Source of the DNA: Chiloscyllium plagiosum
Lineage: Eukaryota
Assembly: GCF_004010195.1 (NCBI RefSeq)
Contig: NC_057758.1
Coordinates: 8,984,452 to 9,048,451 of the forward strand
Direction: 5' to 3'
Length of the DNA stretch: 64,000 bases
The position numbers were made by a program, and so were the translations under genes. Shown here piece after piece: positions 12,318-22,214 of this stretch. Below the pieces are notes generated by a model. It had not been told where the DNA came from, did no database searches, and was given only the letters and a program-made list of their open reading frames with translations. The first letter of the stretch is position 1, and each line of letters starts with the position of its first letter.

Positions 12318-13620
12318 GTGAGTGACACTTGTTCAGCCTCCGTCTGCAAATGTCTCAGCCTGATCATTCTGTCTTTCACAACACTTTTTCTTATCGTTCT
12401 TGCACTAACTAAGTTTGATTGGGACACAATTTATAACCTGAAAACCTCCAGTAAACAGCAATTACAGTTTAATAATTCTATTTATGCACAGAACGTCAAC
12501 TCCTCCCGCTGCTGGATGTGTATTTATATTCCTGTCCACACTAAGGGAGGCATTCCCCATTGGCCGTCACTCTTCATATCTCTGAGACGGTTGAATGGTG
12601 GTTATATCAGACCTCGCCTGCCGGTGTGATGGTTCAGACTCCCTATGCCACTCACCACAACAAAACAGTAAGGCACATCTGGGAGACTGCATGGTATTGT
12701 CTGCAGACAGTCAGGTTTGTTTTAAAGCTGCATGTAATCTTTCGCGCATACCCACTGCCCTGTTCCTTACAAATACCATAATCCAAGGTGTACTGCGCAG
12801 GCACTATCTGCCTCAAAAGCAGATTGCAGAGGGATTGGGAGGTGAGATCCATCACATGCTCCTCCTCGCTGCACATCACCACTCTTGGCCTGGAAAACAT
12901 TCTTCCGATCACCCAGATTCCCAAAATAAAGGTCACGGCCACTCCGAGTGGGACCGTCCAGCAGAGCCCAACCTTCACCTTTTTCTAGACTGGCAGCTGC
13001 TATTTGGGGTATGAGATTCCTTTCCTCTATGACTCACACTCTTCCTCATTTGAACAGCTTCGGGCTCGCTGCAACAGTTCCATTACCATTTCCAAACGGT
13101 TTTTTCGGATTTTTCTCTCTCCTTTTGCAACTGGTCGATGGGTTATTGAAGTAAGGCGCCTGGCCGCACGTCTCGAGGCAGTGGCAAACAACACTGCCAC
13201 AGCCCATGCTGAGATTAATGCAGAAATGGTCGCCATTCCCACTATGGCCGCGAAGAACAGGCTGGCCCTGGATTACTTGTCAGCTGCGAAATGGAGCACA
13301 AGTGCCCTGATAGTCTCCACCTGCTGTACCTACATTCCCTATGCCAGTGAGAACATCACCAATGTTGCTAACCACATCTGTAAAGTAGTCACAGAGCTCC
13401 ATGAGAACAGTTCCTAGTGGGAACTGTGGAGCTGGATGGGCCGATGTTTCAGGTATAATAAAGTGCCATTGTACAAGGCCTCATAGTCCTCATCGTGGCC
13501 CTTGCTATCCTATCTATGATTATTGTCTGTGTCAAACTGGCCTGTATACTATTCAATTCCTTGGTTTTGGCTCTGCTCCCCAACGATTCCATAGATGCCT
13601 GGGCTTCCTCTTCCTGATGA
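12318..13620 (+). pseudogene. env: ERV env remnant (gamma-type), frameshifted
   Basis: Hydrophobic leader; YAQNVNSSRCWMC (CXXC); basic LRAR site; ISD-like KNRLALDYLSAAK followed by ..CCTYIP; TM segment IVQGLIVLIVALAILSMIIVCVK at ~13468-13540. Confidence 0.9.
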
Positions 13621-13750
13621 ATATCTAAATTGCAATTCTCATTCCCTGGAGCCTTCTGCCCCTTTTCTTACCAATCCCGAGGATGATCTGTCCGATTTCC
13701 AACTACCACCCCCTGACACTCCTCCTGGCTCCAAATCTGTTCCTTTCTTT

Positions 13751-13767
13751 AAAAGAAAAGTAAGGAT
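13751..13767 (+). promoter_or_regulatory. Polypurine tract
   Basis: aaaagaaaagtaaggat immediately before the LTR TG. Confidence 0.7.
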
Positions 13768-14283
13768 TGAGGAAGAATTGGCTAAAATTGACACAAAACA
13801 GTTAGAAGACATTTGGTCACAAAGCAATTTTTGCACTAAGATTTCGAGCCGACTGGTGTAATGTGAGCACACTCCCGCTCTGATTAGACTGACCTTGCAG
13901 CTGCAAGATATCTCAGCTCTTCAGTGTCGTTCGCTGTATCCCAGAAAATTCTGATTTTTTTTCTCTCTCTGTCCCTCATCGGTAATTCTAACCTTGCTAA
14001 ACCTGGAATAAAAGATAACATTCAGTTTCGTAGATATTAAGAAAAATAGGTGTGGAAAATGTATGGGACTTTCATGACTGCCCCGAGGGTGCACAATTTA
14101 TGGGCAGCGAGCTTTGATTATCTTTACAGCCGGTAAAATGTTGTATTTCTTTGGAATTGTGTCAGACTTTACGAACTAAGATGCAACTCCCTATGGTCAT
14201 TATAAAGCTTGTTAACTGCTCAAAGACTCGTCTCCTGACTATTTTGTTTTAAACAATTCACGAAAGATTTAATTCCTCCCACA
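13768..14283 (+). repeat. 3' LTR of the ERV (~515 bp)
   Basis: TG...CA ends; imperfect terminal inverted repeat tgaggaagaatt / aattcctccca(ca); follows PPT and env. Confidence 0.8.
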
Positions 14284-14480
14284 CACTGACTGTCTGAATG
14301 GATGCAATGACTGAATGAAAGAACGCATTGGCTCACTGACTGAATGGACGCACTAACTCACTGAATGATTTTTCTCACTGACTGACAGACTGGAGGCACT
14401 GACTGACTGACTGAGTGAACTCAGTGAATGACTAGCTCACTGACCGAATGGTCGCAGAGACGATCGACTGACTGACTAAA
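14284..14480. repeat. (GACT)n satellite, right part
   Basis: Same units as 905-2857. Confidence 0.9.
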
Positions 14481-14820
14481 TCACCTCTCAGCATCCAACA
14501 TTCCAGGGAAAATTGCTCCAGCCTATTGTTCCTCTCCCTATCGCTCAAGTCCCACCTCAACATCCTTCAATGTTTTCTGCAATTAACAAAATTGCTCCTA
14601 TACCTGAGAGACCAGACCTGAATACAGTATTCCAATCGTGGTCTCACTAATGTTCTGTACAGCCGCAACATGCAATCCAAACTCAAAGATTCTATATTCT
14701 GACAAATGAAGCCAACAATTCCAAACATCTTCTTCACCCTCGTCTCCAGGGTCCTACTATTAACTGTATAAGTGCTGCCTAGGGTTGCCTTACCAAAGTC
14801 AAAATCCATCGCACACTTGT
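14481..14820 (-). mobile_element. CR1 fragment
   Basis: LYRTLVRPRLEYCIQVWS. Confidence 0.85.
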
Positions 14821-14836
14821 TGGAGCATCTGATTCA

Positions 14837-14975
14837 GGAGAATGTGAGGACTGCAGATGCTGGAGATCCGAACGGGAACGTTTGGCACTGAAATAGCCCA
14901 GTGCGTCAGGCAGCATCCGAGCAGCAGGACAATGGACATTTCGGGAATAATCACTTCCTAACATTCCTGATGAAG
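14837..14975. mobile_element. Penelope-derived short repeat, degraded
   Basis: ggagaatgtgaggactgcagatgctggagatc, same family as 16464-16659; followed by a 55-bp tandem duplication (14949-15058). Confidence 0.65.
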
Positions 14976-15037
14976 AGATTGATTGCCCTCGCCATGTCTG
15001 CTGAATCACTTCCTAACATTCCTGATGAAGAGATTGA

Positions 15038-16350
15038 TTGCCCTCTCCATGTCTGCTGGCCCAGAATCAAACATCGCAGGATCCTCAATGGTACCAACAT
15101 ACACACCATCCCCCTTTACAGTGGATGGGTAAGTTCCCAATGCAGCACTGCTCCGCTCTTCCTTCTTTCACACTTCAGCCTCCCATAATCCCATCTATTC
15201 CTTTCCAGTTCTCCAAACCTTTATCCTTTATGTTCGACCTACCCTCACCCCTCTAGGTTTGCAACCCCATTCTGCTCCATTTGCTGGTGTTTCCCGCCCA
15301 AATCCAAGCCCTCTGGCACCGCCCGACCTGCTTCACTCTTACGGGCTAACACATTCTGCCCAACCGATCGTCAGTAACACTCACCCTCATTCCTCTCTCG
15401 GGTCTCATGAAGCTTCTCCCCGCCCTGCTCACAGCCTAGACTATCCTCCGTGTCATCGCCATGATTCGTGACATTGTTGTCAAATGGAGAGCGGTCCCTA
15501 TTGAGAACTGTTCACACCGATAGGCTTCACCTGGAGCCAGTCCATGGGCTCCTGTTCGTCCGATGTAGCTGTACCCCACTCAACGATACACAAACAGGGT
15601 CTGCAGTTTATGAAAGAAAACAACAAAGTTTGAAAGACACTGGCAAGTCTCCCTATTCGTCAGCTCCCTTACACTTGTCCATTGACACCACCTTCCCCAC
15701 CATTCTCCATCTTCATCACCCCCTCCACCTACTCATTCCGGGAACGTGCCCTGATCATTGATTGCTCTCTCTATTGATGTATGTCACTCCATACCTCCAT
15801 CTCTGTCAGTATGTGTGCCTCTCTCTCTATTTCACCCCTCCCCTGAACCCACCCAACCACGCCCACTTGCTGAATTCTGGCTCTTGCATCCCACACACGT
15901 CCACGGAACGTTGACCCTGAACCAGAGAAAACCAAAGACGGGGACAGGTGTTCCAGAGGCTGGTGCGTGAGCACAGTGATTATGTCGGATACTGTGGGAA
16001 ACCAACTCCATACTGGTATAATAAACCCTCCCCAACCCTAATACCCCATTTACCCATGAGCCTTGGCAAGCTGGTCCACACCTCGTGAGTTTCCACCTCG
16101 GGGCTGTGACATCAAACGAAGATGCCCTTTGGCCCATCACGACAGGGGTCGGCTCCACGTGTGTCAATTCGATCGGTCTCCAGTCTCCACATCCACCTTA
16201 CCCCTTAGGTACCCTTATCGGTGCTCTGCTGCTGTTCCAATGGTGTGGCTTTCAGAGGGCATTTTGTCCTGTTGTTTTTTTAAGAGTGATTGAACGAGAG
16301 ATGCTGAGGTGGCTGTGAAAATACAGTCAACAGCATGCGAGGTCTTGTAT
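15038..16350 (+). repeat. Arm 1 of a diverged inverted repeat (partner 25570-26876)
   Basis: Shared blocks aatcaaacatcg.aggatcct, catcttcatcac, ctccagtctccacat, tggctttcagagggcatttt. Confidence 0.85.
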
Positions 16351-16463
16351 TTGGAATCAAAGACATGTTCAGAATGGAAACAGATCATTTGGTCCAACAC
16401 ATCCATACCAACCAGCTAGACGAACCTACTCTAGTCTCATTTGCGAGTGTCACAGTTTGTCGT

Positions 16464-16659
16464 GAAAAGCGCAGCAGGTCAGGCAGCATCCAGGGAACAG
16501 GAGAATTGACGTTTCGGACATAAGCCCTTCTTTCCTGAAGAATGGATAATGCCCGAAACGTCGATTCTCCTGTTCCCTGGATGCTGCCTGACCTGCTGCG
16601 TTTTTCCAGCAACAGATTTTCAGCTCTGATCTCCAGCATCTGCAGTCCTCACTTTCTCC
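16464..16659. mobile_element. Penelope-derived fold-back element with a 14-bp TSD
   Basis: ~70-bp inverted arms (16464-16532, 16538-16606); tcacagtttgtcgt repeated at 16450-16463 and 16660-16673. Confidence 0.85.
16531..16568 (+). ncRNA. Minimal hammerhead-ribozyme-like motif, stem II degraded
   Basis: CTGAAGA (16535-16541), GAAA (16555-16558), palindromic ACGT stem III, GTC cleavage triplet. Confidence 0.55.
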
Positions 16660-18486
16660 TCACAGTTTGTCGTCACAGGTTCAGTGGTCCTACAGACTAC
16701 TCGCCATCTCCACCCTCCTCACCCAGCACTCCTCCTGCAGATCAGGCGAGATTCAGTTGGTACAAGTACTGCTGCCTCTCTGCTGCATACGTGTTTCTAT
16801 CTCTGTCTATCCCTGACTCTCTGCCTGACCCTGTGTTTGACTTTCACTTATTCTTTCGCACTCTCTCCATCACAGGTTCTGACACTCTGTCCTGGAATCT
16901 GCTCATTCTTCTTTCCCTCTGTCTCTCCGTCTCAGTTCCTCTTTCACTCCGTGTCGTCCCCTGTCTTTCGTTTCCTTTCTGTCACTGTCACGATTTGCAA
17001 CTGAGGCTCTATCCCACTTGCCACCCTCCCTCCCTCTCTCTCTTTCTCTGTTTCTCTTTTTCTCTCTCCCTCTCTCCATTGCAGGGAAGCAGGCAGGAAC
17101 ATGAAGCAGATCAAAAGTTTCCACTCGAGCTCTGTGAAGACCAGGGTAAAGTGCAACAATGAAGAAATGGTGCCTGTGAGTGTTTTAGCAACTGTTTCCC
17201 CGACGGTTACTCGACTATGCCCCGAAAGATTACAATCATGGTCTGTTGTCTGGGTGAAATCTACCAAATTTCAATGAGAGTGGTGAGTGACTTTGTCCCC
17301 TTCATTTCACATCCCTGCATCAATCGGCAAACGAATCGAACTGCCCTTCTCTCTTCCCACGGTCGTGTCGCAATCCCCAAACTAATCTGCCTGCTCAGCT
17401 CTCTCCGCATAGCACTGTATCATTTACGAAAATGAAATCTCCTCTCCTTGGTGATGTCATTTCCTTTCTTCTCCCTTTTTCTCTCTCTCTCTCCTAGTGC
17501 TCTGTCCACATCCGACCACTTTGGTATCTCTCTCTCTCTTTCTTTTGCCCACCCCTCACACCCTTCGCCCTCTCTCTCGCCTTCTTCCCTCCCCATATTG
17601 CGTGTCACCCTCTGTCACACCTCCTTGCGCTGTGACACTTCCAGTCATGTTGTGCTTACGCTCTGCTCTTCACCCACCATTGTTCGGACCCTCTATCACT
17701 CTCACACCCGTCACTCTCACATTCTTAGTGCCACACCTCCCGCAGTTGCTCTCGACCTCTGCCCGCCCTCCCCCGCTGTCCCTCTCTGCTACCCCGTTTG
17801 ACACACCCACCCCTTTGCTCTCACAACCTGCCTTCCTCCTACAGCCCCAGATCCCGCAGTTGCTCTCGCGCGCTGCCCCCTCCCCAATCGCTCTCGTCTT
17901 CTGCCCGCCCTCCCCTGCCATCGTTGTTCCTCCCTACTCCCCCCGATCACACACAGTCCCCCTCAATATCTGTTTCCCTGACATTGTGCTCCGTCCCCAA
18001 GTCGCTCGAGTGCTGGGTCCCCCTCGTATTCTCATGCTCTGCCCTACCCCAGAACCGTGCACCCCTTGTTTTTGCCCTCTCCAATCAACACTGGCAAGCT
18101 CTGCATAACCACCCCCCACAAACCCGCCACTCGACTGTCCCTGCCTCGGAGCAACATTGTTTTGCTGATACAACCTTGATGGTTGAAAGGGCCTCTTAAA
18201 TACGATCTGATTCGCATGGGACCTGTCACATGTCAGTTGTGCATACACACTTTTGCATGGACTGTTGTGCAATTATAGCCAGCCATACACACGCGCGGGA
18301 GCATGTGCATACACTCACACTCTCACATTCTTTCTCTCTCTCACTCACACTCTCACTCTCTGGCTTTCCCTGTTTGTGATTGGATGGGAACTCACTCTGT
18401 ACTCTGTTTCCAAATTGCTTTGTGATGTCAGAATATCCTTAGAAGCCCGCCGATCGTCAGGACAAGACCTTCCTGCATGTACGTGG

Positions 18487-18801
18487 CACGGTGGCACAGT
18501 GGTTAGCACTGCTGCCTCACAGCGCCAGAGACCCGGGTTCAATTCCCGCCTCAGGCAACTGACTGTGTGGAGGTTGCACGTTCTCCCCGTGTCTGCGTGG
18601 GGTTCCTCCGGGTGCTCCGGTTTCCTCTCACAGTCCAAAGATGTGCCGGTCAGGTGAATTGGCAATGCTAAATTGCTCGTAGTGTTAGGTAAGGGGTAAA
18701 TGTTGGGGTATGGGTGGGTTGCGCGTCGGCGGGTCGGTGTGGACGTGTTGGTCCGAAGGGCCTGTTTCCACACTGTAAGTAATCTAATGTAATTATCCAA
18801 T
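18487..18801 (+). mobile_element. HE1-type V-SINE, near full length
   Basis: A-box tggcacagtgg, B-box gggttcaattcc, V-domain ttctccccgtgtctgcgtggg; TSD tacgtgg at 18480-18486 and 18802-18808. Confidence 0.92.
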
Positions 18802-19134
18802 CTACGTGGAGTGGAGATAAACCCATTCCTGGTCACCCCCATTGGAATGTGTGGCAGGGTCAGGAGAACGCTGCATCGTTCAGAAAAGACCCAAACAGCA
18901 GGGGAGGACCGTCAATGACACTTTCTATAAGACAGCCACATGGATAGAGTGGTCAGATTATGTATTTATGGATAAGTGTAATCTGGAACAAAAGTACTGT
19001 GCAGTCGTGTACAGTATAAAGCGCTCAGTCAGATTCCAAATTGTAACTCACTCTTGAGTATCCGTTATTTTATAGAATCACCTCTATGCCTCTCAGTCTG
19101 TAACACACACCCCAATGAACTGTTCTTTTGTTTA

Positions 19135-19510
19135 CAGGACACAGAAGGATCAGGCCCTTTGTCCCATCACATTTGTGCCGGTCGTGCTGCCATTCCAAAC
19201 CATTCCCACCTGCCTGCACATTATCCCTATCCCTTTATCCCCTGCCTTTTCACATGTCTGCCCAAATACCTCTTAAACATTGCAATCATATCTGATTTTC
19301 CACCTTCCCTGGTTTTAGGGTCCAGGTACCGACCACCTTCTTTTACTTAAATAAAAATTTCTCGTCATCCACTTTATACCTTATCTTCTCATCTTCATTC
19401 TTTCTTCCCTATTATTTGACACATCCACATGGAGTAAAAAGTGGCTACCTGCCCTATCCCTTCCTCTCATAATTTTATATGCTTCTATCAATTCGTCCCT
19501 CAACCTTTGA
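19135..19510 (-). mobile_element. CR1 3'-end fragment
   Basis: aaatacctcttaaacattgcaat and tccttcctctcataattttata reverse-strand CR1 motifs. Confidence 0.7.
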
Positions 19511-19540
19511 CGCCATAGTGAATACACTGCAAGTTTGTGC

Positions 19541-19700
19541 AGGTGAAAGTGAGGTCTGCAGATACTGGAGATCAGAGTCTAGATTAGAGTGGAGCTGGAA
19601 AATCACCGCAGGTCAAGCAGCATCCGAAGAGCAGGGAAATCGATGTTTCAGGCAAAAGCCCTTAATCAGAAATGGGGCAGGGAGCATCCGGGGTGGAGAG
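19541..19700 (-). mobile_element. Penelope-derived short repeat
   Basis: Same family as 16464; reverse strand reads ctgattaagggcttttgcctgaaacatcg (mutated hammerhead core). Confidence 0.7.
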
Positions 19701-19719
19701 ACCGTTTGCCGACTTTCCA

Positions 19720-22200
19720 TTTAGCTAATCCACTCTAATTCAGACAATATCTTGGTGAACATTTCTTGCCTTCTCTGCAAAGCCCGCACAACCTCCCTAA
19801 AGTACAACGACCAGAACTGCACGCAGTAATCCAAAGGTGGACTAGTTAAAGTTTTATACAGCTGAAACATGCGAACTCAAAGCCCTGACTGAGAAAGGAC
19901 AGCATGCCATAGGCCTTCTTTATCACCTTGTACACTTGCGTGGGAGCTGTGGTCAAGACCTTCGTGCATGTACGTGGAGTGGAGATAAAGTCATTCCTGG
20001 TCACCCCCATTGGAATGGTCAGCGCAGAGAGAGGAGACCGAGGTGTGGCAGGGTTAGGAGAACGCTACCGTTCAGAAAAGGCCCAAACTGCAGGGGAAGC
20101 CGTCAATGACACTTTCTATCTGACAGCCACATGGATAGAGTGGTCAGATTATGTATTTACGGGTAAGTGGAATCTGGAACAAAAATACTGTGCAGTCGTG
20201 GGTCAATTGTCACTTTTAGGGAGCTGTGGTTCTGCACAAGAAGATCTCTCTGGATATCAATGCAAATCAGAGTCCTGCCATTTAATGTATTTCCTCTTGC
20301 ATTTGACTTCCCAAAATGCATCACCTCCCACTTTTCCAGATTAAACTCCTCCTTCCATTTCACTACAATGTTCCAACTGGTCTGTGTACTGCTGTATCCT
20401 TTGGTAACCTTCGTTTACTATCCAGAAACCTTGCAAACCTACTGATCAAACCTCCAGCAATTTTCATCCATAATGAGGAACAACCTGCCAATCTCCCAGC
20501 ACTGGCACTCACAGCAAACCAGGTCACAGATTTCCAGGGAGAAAACCAGTCCTCCACAACTGCCCTCTCTTCTGCAATCAAATTAATTTTGTATCCAACT
20601 TTCCAACATGCCGTCGATTCAATTCAACGCAATCTTCTGGATCGGCTCATAATGAGGGGTCTTTTTACATTCTGTAGTAAATTCCATGCAGAAAATATCT
20701 AATGCGCTATCCTCATTAATCATCTTTTTCACTGCCTCAAAAAATTCAAGTTTGTGAGACAGGGCTGGCCCTGCATAAAACCATGCTGATTATCTCTAAT
20801 TTTAATTCTTCCCTAAATCTGAGTAGATCCGCTGTCCAATAATATTCGCAATTAATTTCCCTCCGACTGATTGAAGATTTACCGACAAATCGTGTTCTGG
20901 GTTGCGCTTCCTCAACAAAGGAATAGCAAATGCTTTTCGCCAGTCGTCTAGGCCCTTGTGTGTTACTAAAGGGGATACAAAAAATCTCCCTCAAGGCCAC
21001 AGCAATCTCCTCCATTGCTACCTTCAGTGTTCTGAGTTAGATCCTATCAGGTCTTCGGGACTAAGTTACTTTAATGAGTTTCAAAGCACCCTTCGGGACT
21101 AAGTTACTTTAATGAGTTTCAAAGCACCCAATAACTCAACCAGAACAATACTGACATGCCCCAGAATATCAACATGTGCCTTCATAATCTGATCAGAATG
21201 CATGTCTTTCTCCTGAGTGAATATCAATTAAAAATACTCATCAACGACATCTCCAAATTCCCCTCCTTTGTCCTTGAGCGGAAGAACCCTTTCCCTAGTT
21301 ACCCTCTTGCTCCGAATCTGTGTATAACATGCCTTGGGGATTGTCTTGAATTCTACTTGCAAAGGCTTTTTCATGACCTCTTCCAATAACTTATTTCAAT
21401 TCTTTTACACAACGTCTGAGGCCGACCTGGATTTCAGTTCCATAAAGCCCAAATTCCTAATTATGCTTTCTTTTTGTATTTGACTGACGTTTCAATATGT
21501 CTCGTCATTCAAGGTTTCCAAATCTTACCATCTTTATCTTTCATCTTCACAGCAACGTGCTAGTCGTGAACTTTGATCAACTGGGTTTTAAAAGATTCCC
21601 ACCTGTTAGATGTGGATTTATCCTGAAACAGCCACTTGGGGAAGTTTCTCCACTTCCTGCCTCATACCGAAGTAATTTCCCTTCCCCAGCTTTAGCACTT
21701 TGACAGAGAAGCCATTTATCCGTATCCATAACAACCTTAAAACTTGCAGAAATATGATCATATTCCCAAAATACTCCCTCACTGATACTTTGATCACCTG
21801 GCCAGGCTCATTGCCCAATATAAGATCTAGGACAGCCCCTTCACTAAGCGATCTGCACCCCGGTATAAGAAACGTTCCTGGATACACATAATCCATGTCA
21901 GCCACTGGCATTAAAGGGGTTCCAGTCATTATTGGGGTAATTAAAATTACCCAATACAACAACTCTATTGTTGATCTGATTACACATGAGTTCCTCTGTC
22001 TCCCAATGGCTTTTAGGAAGCCGATCATTTAACCCCATTACAGTGACTGCATCTTTCCTCGTCCCCAGATCTCTCCATACGACCTCGCTGGGTGGGCCCC
22101 TCCAAGATGCTCTTTCTTATATCAACTGTGACATTCTCCTCCATCAGTAATGCTTCCCTCTTTCCCCACCCCATTGTATTACGTCCCTTTCTATCTCTCC
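19720..22200 (-). mobile_element. Old CR1 ORF2 (endonuclease and RT), interrupted at 19950-20200
   Basis: GAVLDLILGNEPGQV (EN); FNLEKWEVMHFGKSN; 38-bp tandem duplication at 21053-21128. Confidence 0.85.
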
Positions 22201-22214
22201 CGATGCACCTAGAA

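Larger units (their letters stand above)
2858..14283 (+). mobile_element. Decayed class I (gamma/epsilon-like) endogenous retrovirus with nested insertions
   Basis: Order is LTR fragment, gag, RNase H, integrase, env, PPT, LTR; cactg lies on both flanks (2853-2857, 14284-14288); the same satellite resumes after the 3' LTR. Confidence 0.8.

Noticed and set aside
12318..13620. Domesticated syncytin-like env gene
   Set aside because: Split over several frames, with the first cysteine of the CX6CC motif lost; no intact ORF
15972..16010. V(D)J recombination signal (cacagtg)
   Set aside because: No ACAAAAACC-like nonamer at 12- or 23-bp spacing; only a small cacagt/actgtg hairpin
16542..18199. 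Long Ser/Pro/Leu-rich ORFs (206, 203 and 133 aa)
   Set aside because: They run through repeats and pyrimidine tracts that are naturally poor in stop codons; no domain motifs
18487..18560. tRNA gene
   Set aside because: The A and B boxes are the head of an HE1 SINE, continuous with its body and TSD
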